Assembly (NCBI RefSeq): GCF_000146285.1
Contig: NZ_GL385912.1
Location: forward strand, 1,222,336 to 1,286,335
From: Mobiluncus curtisii subsp. curtisii ATCC 35241
Lineage (GTDB): Bacteria > Actinomycetota > Actinomycetes > Actinomycetales > Actinomycetaceae
DNA: 64,000 nt
Direction: 5' to 3'
Shown here piece by piece: positions 31,091 to 40,266 of the stretch. The translations under genes and the position numbers were made by a program. Each line of letters starts with the position of its first letter. Position 1 is the stretch's first letter. Below the pieces are notes generated by a model. The model was given only the letters and a program-made list of their open reading frames with translations. It was not told the DNA's origin and made no database searches.

Positions 31091-31165
31091 GATTTCCTCC
31101 TTGGTATTGACTCCAACTGCGGGATTTTCCACACCTATACTTACAGCGCCGCCACCCAAAACGAA

Positions 31166-31272
31166 CACCCAAATGGGTGAAAGCCCGGACGCACCACCCT
31201 TTTGACCGCTCACGCCTTCCTGAGAAATGCCCGTTCGACACGAAACCAGCTGGGTTTTCACCCTTTTGGGTG
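31166..31272. promoter_or_regulatory. pair of palindromic CACCC-N4-GGGTG sites in divergent promoter
   Basis: 'cacccaaatgggtg' at 31166-31179 and 'cacccttttgggtg' at 31259-31272. Confidence 0.35.
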
Positions 31273-31375
31273 TTAAATCGTCTAGGTTTTTAGTGAAAGC
31301 TGGAGACTGCCAGCCGGGTGGTCCCGCACAGGCGACCCGAGTGGTCTTTGGCACACACTGAAATGAGGAGGAAAC

Positions 31376-32626
31376 ATGGGCTTGATTCAGGCGGCAGCCG
31401 GCGCTATCGGCGGGACTTTGGCGGATCAGTGGCTGGATGCCATCGCCGCACAAGACATGGGGGAAGGTATCGTCTTTACCAAGGGTGCCCAGATGCGCCA
31501 GGGCGGGCGCGGATCAAACAAGCGAGGTTCGCAGGACATCATTTCTGACGGTTCTAAGCTGCTGGTTTATGACCGTCAAGCCTTGCTGATCACGGATTCG
31601 GGCAAGATTGTGGACTTTTCCACCGAACCGGGCGCGTACACGTTTAATTCCGGTTCGGCGCCGTCGCTGTTTTCCGGGAGCTTTGGTGACGCGCTGAAAG
31701 AGACTTGGAATCGTTTCAAGTTCGGTGGCACTCCTTCCGGGGCACAACAGGCGTTTTACGTCAATTTGCAAGAGATTAAAGGTATTAAGTTCGGCACTCC
31801 TAACGCGGTGCAGTACTTTGACAATTTCTATAACGCCGAGCTGTTCCTGCGCGCGCACGGCACCTATTCCATTCGCATCGTCGACCCGCTGAAGTTTTAT
31901 GCCGAGGCGATTCCGCGTGATGCCACGCACGTGCATATTGATGAGATTAAGGAACAGTACCAAAACGAGTTCCTGGAGGCGTTGCAGGTTTCCATCAACC
32001 AGATGAGCGTAGACGGAATCCGCATTTCCCAGGTCACCTCCAAGATGAGCGAGCTGTCGAAGTATATGCGCGACGCTTTGGATGCCGAGTGGCTGCAGCA
32101 GCGCGGTATCGAGGTTCAGGCCGTTGGTATTGCTTCGATTTCTTACGATGAACAGTCGCGCCAGATGATTGATATGCGCAACCAGGGCGCGATGCTCCAA
32201 GATCCCACGATTCGCGAGGGATTTGTGCAAGGCTCCGTGGCGCGCGGTATCGAGAACGCCGGGTCGAATCCGGCGGGCGCGGGTATGGCGATGATGGGCG
32301 TCGGCATGGGAATGCAGGCAGGCGGCGGTTTCATGGGGGCGGCTGCGGCTTCGAACCAGGCACAGATGCAGCAGCAGCAAGCAGCGCAGCAGGCTCAGCA
32401 GACCGGGGCGCAGCAGGTCGGTGCGGCGGGTGGCGCCGGGGCGGCTGGCGCGGCGTGGGTTTGCGATTGCGGGGCGCAAAACACCGGCAATTTCTGTTCT
32501 AACTGCGGTAAACCCCGGCAGACGGCTCCGGCTGGAGGCGCCGGAGGCTTTTGCTCGAATTGCGGGGCAAAACTCCCCGACCCGAAACCAAAGTTTTGTG
32601 CAAATTGCGGAAACGCATTGAGCTGA
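31376..32626 (+). CDS. SPFH/band-7 family protein (COG4260-like) with C-terminal double zinc ribbon
   Basis: 'MGLIQAAAGAIGGTLADQW' N-terminus, Q/A/G-rich linker, three CxxC pairs 'CDCG..CSNCG..CSNCG..CANCG'. Confidence 0.65.
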   Translation: MGLIQAAAGAIGGTLADQWLDAIAAQDMGEGIVFTKGAQMRQGGRGSNKRGSQDIISDGSKLLVYDRQALLITDSGKIVDFSTEPGAYTFNSGSAPSLFSGSFGDALKETWNRFKFGGTPSGAQQAFYVNLQEIKGIKFGTPNAVQYFDNFYNAELFLRAHGTYSIRIVDPLKFYAEAIPRDATHVHIDEIKEQYQNEFLEALQVSINQMSVDGIRISQVTSKMSELSKYMRDALDAEWLQQRGIEVQAVGIASISYDEQSRQMIDMRNQGAMLQDPTIREGFVQGSVARGIENAGSNPAGAGMAMMGVGMGMQAGGGFMGAAAASNQAQMQQQQAAQQAQQTGAQQVGAAGGAGAAGAAWVCDCGAQNTGNFCSNCGKPRQTAPAGGAGGFCSNCGAKLPDPKPKFCANCGNALS

Positions 32627-32915
32627 CGGCAGTTGCCGTTAGCTCAAAAGAGCGTTTCCGTAACAGTGTGAGACCGGCAAAAAAGCAATGTCCAGTGGAC
32701 ATTGCGCCGGTCGAACTCCAAACAGAAAGACGCATTGAGCTGACGGCAGTTGCCGTTAGCTCAAAAGAGCGTTTCCGTAACAGTGTGAGACCGGCATAAA
32801 AGCAATGTCCAGTGGACATTGCGCCGGTCGAACACCAAACAGAAAGACGCATTGAGCCGCCTACTGCCGTCAGCCCAAATGAGCGTTTCCGTAACAGCGT
32901 GAGACCGGCAAGCGG
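32612..32915. repeat. 117-bp tandem repeat (about 2.6 copies) containing two terminator-like hairpins
   Basis: unit begins inside the last codons of the SPFH gene; copies at 32614, 32731, 32848; copy 3 has inverted first hairpin arm. Confidence 0.8.
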
Positions 32916-32919
32916 AACC

Positions 32920-33468
32920 CTACCGGGCTTGTGCCCCTCCGCCCTTGTGCCAGCGCAACAGACCCTCCGCACCAGCCTCCACAACCGCTAAAGTGCGATA
33001 AAACCCGTCCTGATCCCCATACCAGGGGTCGGGCACGTCCGCGTGACCTCCGGAAGAATACTGGTCGGAATACCCTGGCGAAGATTGCAGATAATCGTTG
33101 ATGGAGCCGAAAGGCACGGTACCGTCGAACTCCCTCCACAGGTGCAGTTTGTCGGCGCTGACCCCAGCGGAGGCCATCATGCGCTGGAGGATGCGGGCGT
33201 GACCTGTGGTCATTGCCAGCACAAGGTCGGCACTGCGTAGTTCCGCGGTGGTGGCGCGGTGGGCAAAGTGGCTGGTGGGCAGGGTATAGCCGGCTTCGCG
33301 GAGGACTTTTGCGGCGCGCCGATCCAGACCGTGACCGTGTTCTTCGTCCGAGGTTCCTGCCGAAGATACGCGCAGGTCAACCCCTTCTCTGGCGGCGGTT
33401 TCGCGCAGGATGATTTCAGCCATCGGGGAGCGGCAGATGTTGCCGGTACAAACAACGAGGATATTCAC
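32920..33468 (-). CDS. low-molecular-weight protein tyrosine phosphatase / arsenate-reductase fold
   Basis: 'MNILVVCTGNICRSPMAE' CX5R P-loop. Confidence 0.8.
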   Translation of the reverse strand: MNILVVCTGNICRSPMAEIILRETAAREGVDLRVSSAGTSDEEHGHGLDRRAAKVLREAGYTLPTSHFAHRATTAELRSADLVLAMTTGHARILQRMMASAGVSADKLHLWREFDGTVPFGSINDYLQSSPGYSDQYSSGGHADVPDPWYGDQDGFYRTLAVVEAGAEGLLRWHKGGGAQAR

Positions 33469-33692
33469 GTGTCGATTGTATCGAAAGCCGCAAACGGGTC
33501 GATTGGGTGGCGATTAGTCTGAATTTATGGGCGATTCATGGACAATTTGTGAGCTATTCTGCCGGATGTGCGATGCTTGCCAGCAGAGTGCAGTTCCGGG
33601 CGAGTCTCATGGTCCGGCGCACGAATTATTTAGCCCGGTCACAATTTCTGATATTTCGGTTCATCTGTATAATTGAGGGGTTGCAAAACGCA

Positions 33693-33766
33693 CGGGGTGT
33701 GGCGCAGCTTGGTAGCGTGCTTCGTTCGGGACGAAGAGGCCGCGGGTTCAAATCCCGCCACCCCGA
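33693..33766 (+). tRNA. tRNA-Pro (anticodon CGG)
   Basis: 74 nt cloverleaf folded by hand: acceptor CGGGGTG/CACCCCG, D-arm GCGC/GCGT, anticodon stem CTTCG/CGAAG with loop TTCGGGA, T-arm GCGGG-TTCAAAT-CCCGC, discriminator A. Confidence 0.8.
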
Positions 33767-33768
33767 CT

Positions 33769-33804
33769 CCGGTCAAGGTAAGCACCTTGACCGGTTTTGT
33801 TTTG
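33769..33804 (+). terminator. rho-independent terminator after tRNA-Pro
   Basis: 'ccggtcaaggt aagc accttgaccgg' + 'ttttgttttg'. Confidence 0.6.
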
Positions 33805-34014
33805 CCCGCGAAGCGGGCTAGTTGCGTGGCACAGCCGCGTCGCAAGCTTGCTTGCGTAAGCGAGCTGGACCGCGCAACGTAGCCGCAGACGCAGTCCGCG
33901 GCAAAACAAAACCGGAAGGTATTTGCCGCTTCGGCTAAGGGGCATGCAATCGCGCAGCGATTGCGAATACCCCGACTGTTTGTTTTCGCAGGTGGTAGCC
34001 TGTTTGATTTTGTG

Positions 34015-34362
34015 TTACATGGTTGTGTTTCGTTTTTCGCGTACCCCGTGCGTACCCCCGTTTACTGCGCTGATGCTGGTGACAGGGCTGGGGCTGGTGG
34101 TGTTTTGGATGACTTTGTTGAGTGTGGCTAGGGAGGTTTGGTCGGCTTTGGTTCCTAGCCAGTGGGTGTAGCGTGATGTGGTGGTGAGGTCGGCATGTCC
34201 GGCCCAGGCTCTGACGGTGGCGAGGTCTATTCCAGCGGCTAGCCAGATACATATGGCGGCGTGTCTGCGGTCGTGGATGGTGCGACCTTGGGCGGTGTTA
34301 TACCAGTCGAGGGAGTCAACGAATGGGATTAGTGGGGTTCGTCGCGGTCGTAAACCGGTCAC
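34015..34362 (-). pseudogene. tyrosine recombinase (phage-type integrase) C-terminal fragment, 5' end destroyed by IS insertion
   Basis: 'RRHAAICIWLAAGIDLATVRAWAGHADLTTTSRYTHW' carries the R-H-H-Y catalytic box; only about 115 aa remain. Confidence 0.65.
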
Positions 34363-34975
34363 TACCCGCCCATCGCCTACTCCTGATACTCGCCCGGACT
34401 TGGTTCAACGCCGGTTCAGCTCCAACGCGCCGAACCGGCTGCGGGTTACGGACATCACCTATGTGCCTACCTTGTCCGGGTTCGTCTATACGGTCTTTGT
34501 GACTGATGTTTATAGCAGGAAAATCGTGGGTTGGGCTACCAGGTCGACCATGCAAACCGAGGAACTTCCGCTAGAAGCCCTTGAGCAAGCAATCATGAAC
34601 GCTAAAGGTTCCGCTGGTCTTGTTCACCATTCCAATCATGGCTCGCAATACACGAGCATTAAATACAGTGAGAAACTCGCTGATTACGGAATCAAGTCTT
34701 CTACCGGAACCGTGGGCGATAGTTATGATAACGCCCTGGCCGAGACAGTCAACGGCTTGTACAAGACCGAACTTATCTATTCCCAGACCTGTCGCTCATG
34801 CACCGAGGTCGAGTTCGCCACCATGAACTGGGTCCACTGGTGGAACAATACCCGACTCCATGAATCCCTCGGCTACACCACCCCCGAGGAACTCATCACA
34901 AACTATAATCAACACCGGACCAGAGAACTGACCCCCGTATAAGAAACGGAACAAAACCCAGTACACTTCTATCGC
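34325..34975 (+). mobile_element. IS3-family element fragment (orfB DDE core only)
   Basis: 'RLRVTDITYVP...VHHSNHGSQYTS...DNALAE' rve/DDE domain about 85% identical to orfB at 42118-43164; lacks orfA and termini. Confidence 0.7.
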
Positions 34976-35224
34976 CCAGACACTCCAACGTGGCACCAGG
35001 CGAGCAATCATGACCGAGACCCCCGACCCAAAAGGGCAAACCAAGAAAAAGGACACCTACTAGATAATGACGAGGCAATCTTTACCCGCCTGACCTATAT
35101 CGGGCTCGCCCACCTGGGACTGACCCGCAGGCAAATCGACCTGACCATATTCGGTGAACTATTGGATCTGGTGGATTGTTGGCGTATCGAAACCGGCAGA
35201 GCCGTACCGAAACGCATCTGGTTT

Positions 35225-35312
35225 ATCGACGATATTATTCCTGCTGGGGTTTAGCGGGATAAGTGTTTCGTGAGGTAACAGGCGAATAGCTGAGGATGGG
35301 TGGCGTGCCACT
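35225..35312. mobile_element. solo IS3-family terminus fragment
   Basis: about 88 bp near-identical to 42113-42225 (end of the complete copy), same orientation. Confidence 0.55.
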
Positions 35313-35601
35313 GGTGCCCTGCCGGTAGTTGCGCGCTCCGCGCTTGTAGATAAAGCTAGTAGCCAGGTTCTTAGCGAACGTGCTAGCGAAAACCTATGCC
35401 TAGGTTCGCCGCTGTTTATGGGCTAGTAAATCCGCTAATAGGCAAGCTCTTTGAGGCTAGCTAGTTCCTTAGCTATTCCCTTTCTCCGACCTATGTGTCG
35501 GCTAGATTACCCGGATACTACTTGACAAAATAGGGGGCACCCACGTTACTCTATTATTAGGCGAGGCTTACCTAATTAATTATTTAGAAGGGGTATATCG
35601 C

Positions 35602-36168
35602 ATGAAGACACGCGACTTTATCAACATTGGCGTTTTCACTGCAATTTATTTTGTGCTAGTTTTCGGCACCGGAATGCTAGGCATTATTAATCCAGCAATG
35701 ATGTTTGTGGGCTATGCCTTAGGGCTTATCGCTAACGGCGCCGTAGTCATGCTATTTAAGTCGCGGGTGCCAAAGATTGGGGCCCTGGCACTAATGGGAC
35801 TACTAGTCGGGATTTTAATGGCAATTACCGGGCACCCCTGGGTTACTGCCCTACTTACACCCTTGCTGGGACTAGCCGCAGATTTTCTCTTCGCTAAAAA
35901 ATCAGCGGTTTTTCGGGTTCTAGGATACGCCGTCATGTCCGTGTGGTACGTGGTGCCCTGGTTCCCCGTATTTATTGATGCTCAGGGCTATTACAACTAT
36001 ATTGCCGACTCTATGGGAACCGCCTACGCAGATTCATTACGCTGGTTCTTATCGCCATGGATGATTGTGGCATGGGGGGCGGGAGTTTTCGTTCTCGGGC
36101 TCATCGGTGGAGTCTTTGGAAATTCTCTAATGGCTCGGCACTTCCGTAAAGCTGGCATCGCAAAGTAA
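35602..36168 (+). CDS. ECF transporter substrate-specific (S) component
   Basis: 188 aa, 5-6 TM, position immediately upstream of EcfT/EcfA; low GC. Confidence 0.55.
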   Translation: MKTRDFINIGVFTAIYFVLVFGTGMLGIINPAMMFVGYALGLIANGAVVMLFKSRVPKIGALALMGLLVGILMAITGHPWVTALLTPLLGLAADFLFAKKSAVFRVLGYAVMSVWYVVPWFPVFIDAQGYYNYIADSMGTAYADSLRWFLSPWMIVAWGAGVFVLGLIGGVFGNSLMARHFRKAGIAK

Positions 36169-36977
36169 TGACTTTTCAATGCCAAACCAGCGACCTCGGA
36201 TCAGCAGCAAGCTATCGCCAGGATCAAGTCACCAGCGCTGAAATTTTAGCAGCCAACCAGCGCCACTCCCGACCAGATCCGCGCACCGTTTTACTGGTTA
36301 TATTTGTATTAAATGCTCTGGTAATGTCTCGGTTACCCATAGCGATAACTTTCTTGGTGGCAGGCATTGCACTTTTGGCTTTACTATCGACGCGCTGCTA
36401 TTCATGGGTGCTAGGTTTCCTTGCCGTGGAAGGAACTTGGATTGCTTGTATCTATTTTTTCCCAAAAATCTGGCCAAATGCCTTCACCGCATTTTTAATG
36501 GTTTTAGGCTACTGGATGATAAAGCTCTGCACTGTTGGCGGTCTGGCAGGTTACGCGATTAAAGCTATCGTCCCCGGAGAACTCGTAGCCGGTCTTCGCA
36601 GCTTACGCATACCGGTAGCTATAACCGTTCCCCTGGTAGTGCTATTACGATTCATACCGACAGTATTCCGAGAATACCGTGCAGTAAGAGAAGCAATGTC
36701 CCTGCGGGGATTACAAATGGGATGGCGCGCCCTCTTCCATCCCCTCCATTTTCTAGAAATGGTTTTAGTTCCCTTACTGGCATCCTGCGCGCGAACCGCT
36801 GATGAAATGACCGCCGCCGGAATGGTGCGCGGTTTAGGATCCACTATTTGCCCAAGCACTTTGAAACAGCTCCGATTCAACCGACTAGACGCCCTCTGGA
36901 TACTGACGCTAATCGCCCTGATTGCTCTCATCCCCTACTCAGACCATCTAGCTATACTCTCTGGCGGATTCAAATGA
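36168..36977 (+). CDS. ECF transporter transmembrane (T) component, CbiQ/EcfT family
   Basis: 269 aa; conserved coupling helices 'ARxxRG'-like 'AMSLRGL', ATGA overlaps both neighbours. Confidence 0.75.
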   Translation: MTFQCQTSDLGSAASYRQDQVTSAEILAANQRHSRPDPRTVLLVIFVLNALVMSRLPIAITFLVAGIALLALLSTRCYSWVLGFLAVEGTWIACIYFFPKIWPNAFTAFLMVLGYWMIKLCTVGGLAGYAIKAIVPGELVAGLRSLRIPVAITVPLVVLLRFIPTVFREYRAVREAMSLRGLQMGWRALFHPLHFLEMVLVPLLASCARTADEMTAAGMVRGLGSTICPSTLKQLRFNRLDALWILTLIALIALIPYSDHLAILSGGFK

Positions 36978-38437
36978 GCACCTTAATCGACAATGTCTCC
37001 TTCGATTACCAGTTCAACCCGGACGAAGAAACCTCATCAGCTCACGTTAGCGCAGTCAACGATATCAACCTCGATTTCCCTACAGGATCCTGTACTCTAA
37101 TCACCGGTCCTTCCGGAGCAGGCAAGTCGACCCTCTTAAAACTTCTGAACGGTTTAATACCTGAACTTTATAAGGGTAATCTCAGCGGACACACTACCCT
37201 TGCCGGTCTCGATACCGTGCAAACAGATATCCAAGAATTAGGGCGTACCGCCGGGACAGTTTTTCAAAATCCCCGCTCCCAATTTTTTACGGCAAATGTA
37301 CTAGAAGAGTTAGCATTCGCGAGCGAAAATGCCGGAGATACCCCCCAAACAACCGCTAACCGGATTGCGGAAGCTGTAAACACCTGGGGCATTCAGCGAC
37401 TGCTAGGCAAAGAGTTACGTAAGCTCTCCGGAGGTGAATTACAGCTGGTTGCTTGCGCGGCAGCAGTAGCCGGACCACAGCAAATCCTGCTTTTAGACGA
37501 GCCCACCTCTAACCTTTCCCCGGAAGCAATCTCCGCATTCAGCAAAGTCTTACAAAGATTAAAAAGCGCGGGCTGGACCCTGGTAGTAGCAGAACACCGC
37601 GTTTACCCTCTAAAAGGTCTCGCAGATCAAGTCGCGATCATGGGTAAAGGACGAATCCAGCATTTGTATACCGCGGACGAGTTTTTTAGTTTGTCTTCTA
37701 AACAGCGTAAAGAGTTAGGGCTGCGCACCCTGGAAAAACCGGAAATGTGCGTTAACACCCCTCCTGATCAACAGGCAGACGGTATCACCGCAAAAAATTT
37801 AAGGTTCAGTTACGGCAAACATCGCGTCCTCAATATTCCTTCCCTATATTTACCGAAGGGAAAAGTAGTTGCGCTAGTCGGCCCGAACGGAGCGGGCAAA
37901 ACTACTCTCGCACGCACCCTCATCGGGCTAGCTCACCCGGAAGGAGGCAGCGTTATTAGTTTTAGCGGCAAATCCTGCCGGGCGGCAGACAGACAAAAAC
38001 GCAGCGTGCTAGTAATGCAAGATGTAAACCGGCAACTATTTGCCGAAACAGTAGCGGCAGAGGTCGTACTAGGAAATGACAATCTTAGTAGAGAGCAGGT
38101 GCAGACGCTTCTAGGCGATCTGGGATTGCAAGGATTATCTGAACGGCACCCAATGACTCTTTCCGGGGGACAAAAACAACGTCTCGTGATTGCCAATGCC
38201 CTGGCGAGCCAGGCAGAGCTTTACGTATTCGATGAACCCACCTCAGGGGTTGACTACCAGCACCTACTATCGATTAGTTCCCAGATTCGCTCACTAGCCG
38301 CAAAGGACAAAGCAATCCTGATCATCAGTCACGACTTGGAGTTCATCAATGAAGTTGCCGATTACCAACTATTGCTTCAGCCTCTCGATAGCGAAATAAA
38401 CATGCAACTTACCGCGCCCGACCAAGAGAAACATTAA
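36974..38437 (+). CDS. fused tandem ECF ATPase (EcfA-EcfA')
   Basis: two ABC domains: 'GPSGAGKST'/'LSGGELQ' and 'GPNGAGKTT'/'LSGGQKQR'. Confidence 0.85.
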   Translation: MSTLIDNVSFDYQFNPDEETSSAHVSAVNDINLDFPTGSCTLITGPSGAGKSTLLKLLNGLIPELYKGNLSGHTTLAGLDTVQTDIQELGRTAGTVFQNPRSQFFTANVLEELAFASENAGDTPQTTANRIAEAVNTWGIQRLLGKELRKLSGGELQLVACAAAVAGPQQILLLDEPTSNLSPEAISAFSKVLQRLKSAGWTLVVAEHRVYPLKGLADQVAIMGKGRIQHLYTADEFFSLSSKQRKELGLRTLEKPEMCVNTPPDQQADGITAKNLRFSYGKHRVLNIPSLYLPKGKVVALVGPNGAGKTTLARTLIGLAHPEGGSVISFSGKSCRAADRQKRSVLVMQDVNRQLFAETVAAEVVLGNDNLSREQVQTLLGDLGLQGLSERHPMTLSGGQKQRLVIANALASQAELYVFDEPTSGVDYQHLLSISSQIRSLAAKDKAILIISHDLEFINEVADYQLLLQPLDSEINMQLTAPDQEKH

Positions 38438-38450
38438 AAGAGGAAGCCAA

Positions 38451-40265
38451 GTGAGTGATCACCAAGTTAGCGAACCAAGAAAAGATACAGCGACAAATAT
38501 CAAGCTGACCAGCAAACAAGGCAAAGCCGCATTACGAGAACTTTTAGCTCCCGTCCAATTAGCGCTACGAGTTGGTCAAGTAATGGCGGTTATCTCCGCT
38601 ATTTTGCGAGTTTTTCCGTTCGTTGCTTTAGTGGGGATTGGCAACGAACTCCTAACTTCATTAGGTAATGGCGCATCGCCCAACCAAAGCGTCATCATGT
38701 TTTGGGTACAGGTGTTAATCGGAACATTTTGTGGAGGTCTATTCGCTTATTTTGTGGGCTTGCTGGTTACCCATATTGCAGATAATCGCCTATCGGCAAG
38801 TATTCAGCAAAAAATTATTCATTTTCTGGGGCAAGCTCCTTTAACTTGGTTTAGCGATAACACTTCCGGGCACGTGCGTAAAGTACTGCAAGACGATGTA
38901 AAGAATCTACATATGCTAGTAGCACACCGCCCCGTAGATTCGCTGATTGCCACCCTAATGCCCATATTTTGCGCGGGCTATACCTTCACTATTGATTTAA
39001 GGCTCGGAGTTTTAGTAATTGTTACGGTGCCGATTTACATTATTGCCTACGCGGTGATGATGCGGGGAATGAGCGATAAGTCCTTAGAACTTGATGCCAA
39101 ACTTGATCAGGTTTCCTCCGCAATGGTGGAGTTCGTAAAAGGCATCCAGGTGGTTAAGACTTTTGGAATCACCGGAAAAGCACACCGCAAATATGCCCAC
39201 AGCGCCAATGAAGCCTGTGACTATATGGAGGAATGGAATCGGCCAATGGTGCACGCGGCTTCCCTGACCGCTGCCCTCACCTCTACCCCATTGATAGTTC
39301 TCTTATTTGGGATTGTCGGCCCCTGCTTCGTCTCCAAGCATTGGGTTAGTCCGGTAGAAGTAGTTGCCGGTTGTTTAATTGCCATCGCGCTACCCTCCTC
39401 AATTAACCTGGTAACCCAGCTTGCTTGGAATTATCAGTTAGCCGGTGCCGCAGCCAAAAGGATTCTTGATCTTCGTAGGGTACAGCCCCTCTCCTGCCCG
39501 GATCGGTCACTGCATTTACCCCAAGACGCAAGCATCGAATTTAAAAACGTATCGCTCAGCTATGGCCATACCCTAGCTTTGGATAATATCTCCTTACGTT
39601 GCGCGCCCGGAACAGTAACCGCCCTCATGGGACCATCAGGGGCCGGAAAAACTACCTTGGCCAAATTGGCCGCTCGCTTCCTGGATCCCGATACGGGCAC
39701 AGTACTAATCGGTGGTGTCAACCTTAAAGACCTGAGCAGAACTGACCTCTACCGTCACCTTGGGTTCGTCCTGCAAGATGCGCAGCTCTTGCGGGCTTCC
39801 ATTCGCGACAATATTTCTATCGGGCGACACGATGCCGATGAAACCGAGATTATTAACGCTGCTCGCCAGGCACAGATTCATGACGAAATCATGGCACTAC
39901 CTAAAGGATATGACACCGTCGTCGGGGAAGATCTGAAGCTATCGGGAGGGCAAGCTCAGCGGATTGCCATCGCCAGAACCTTACTATTGGATGCGCCGAT
40001 ACTCATATTGGATGAAGCAGCAGCCATGGTAGATCCGGAATGTGAAGCACAAATCCAAAAAGCTATTAACCATCTAATGGCCGGACGTACTGTTCTGGTT
40101 ATTGACCACCGTCCCGATTCAGTCAAGAATGTCAATCAAATCGTCCTCCTTAATCAAGGAGAGCTGGTGGCCTGCGGTAATCACCAGAAGCTACAAAATA
40201 TACAACTCTACCGTCGCCTGTGGTCGGCATCCAATGTTGAGCTTACGGAAGGAGGACGAAACTGA
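38451..40265 (+). CDS. ABC exporter-fold half transporter (TMD-NBD)
   Basis: GTG start after AAGAGGAAG; 6 TM then 'GPSGAGKTT', 'LSGGQAQR', 'ILILDEAAA', 'DHR'. Confidence 0.85.
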   Translation: MSDHQVSEPRKDTATNIKLTSKQGKAALRELLAPVQLALRVGQVMAVISAILRVFPFVALVGIGNELLTSLGNGASPNQSVIMFWVQVLIGTFCGGLFAYFVGLLVTHIADNRLSASIQQKIIHFLGQAPLTWFSDNTSGHVRKVLQDDVKNLHMLVAHRPVDSLIATLMPIFCAGYTFTIDLRLGVLVIVTVPIYIIAYAVMMRGMSDKSLELDAKLDQVSSAMVEFVKGIQVVKTFGITGKAHRKYAHSANEACDYMEEWNRPMVHAASLTAALTSTPLIVLLFGIVGPCFVSKHWVSPVEVVAGCLIAIALPSSINLVTQLAWNYQLAGAAAKRILDLRRVQPLSCPDRSLHLPQDASIEFKNVSLSYGHTLALDNISLRCAPGTVTALMGPSGAGKTTLAKLAARFLDPDTGTVLIGGVNLKDLSRTDLYRHLGFVLQDAQLLRASIRDNISIGRHDADETEIINAARQAQIHDEIMALPKGYDTVVGEDLKLSGGQAQRIAIARTLLLDAPILILDEAAAMVDPECEAQIQKAINHLMAGRTVLVIDHRPDSVKNVNQIVLLNQGELVACGNHQKLQNIQLYRRLWSASNVELTEGGRN

Positions 40266-40266
40266 A

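Noticed and set aside
32499-32984. ORFs of 161 aa (-) and 82 aa (+) within the 117-bp tandem repeat
   Set aside because: repetitive translation of the repeat unit; reading frames created by the duplication, no start context
35285-35300. B12-box-like 'gccactg' upstream of the ECF S component
   Set aside because: lies inside the IS3 terminus fragment (same sequence recurs at 42190 with one substitution), so it is IS-derived rather than a riboswitch core
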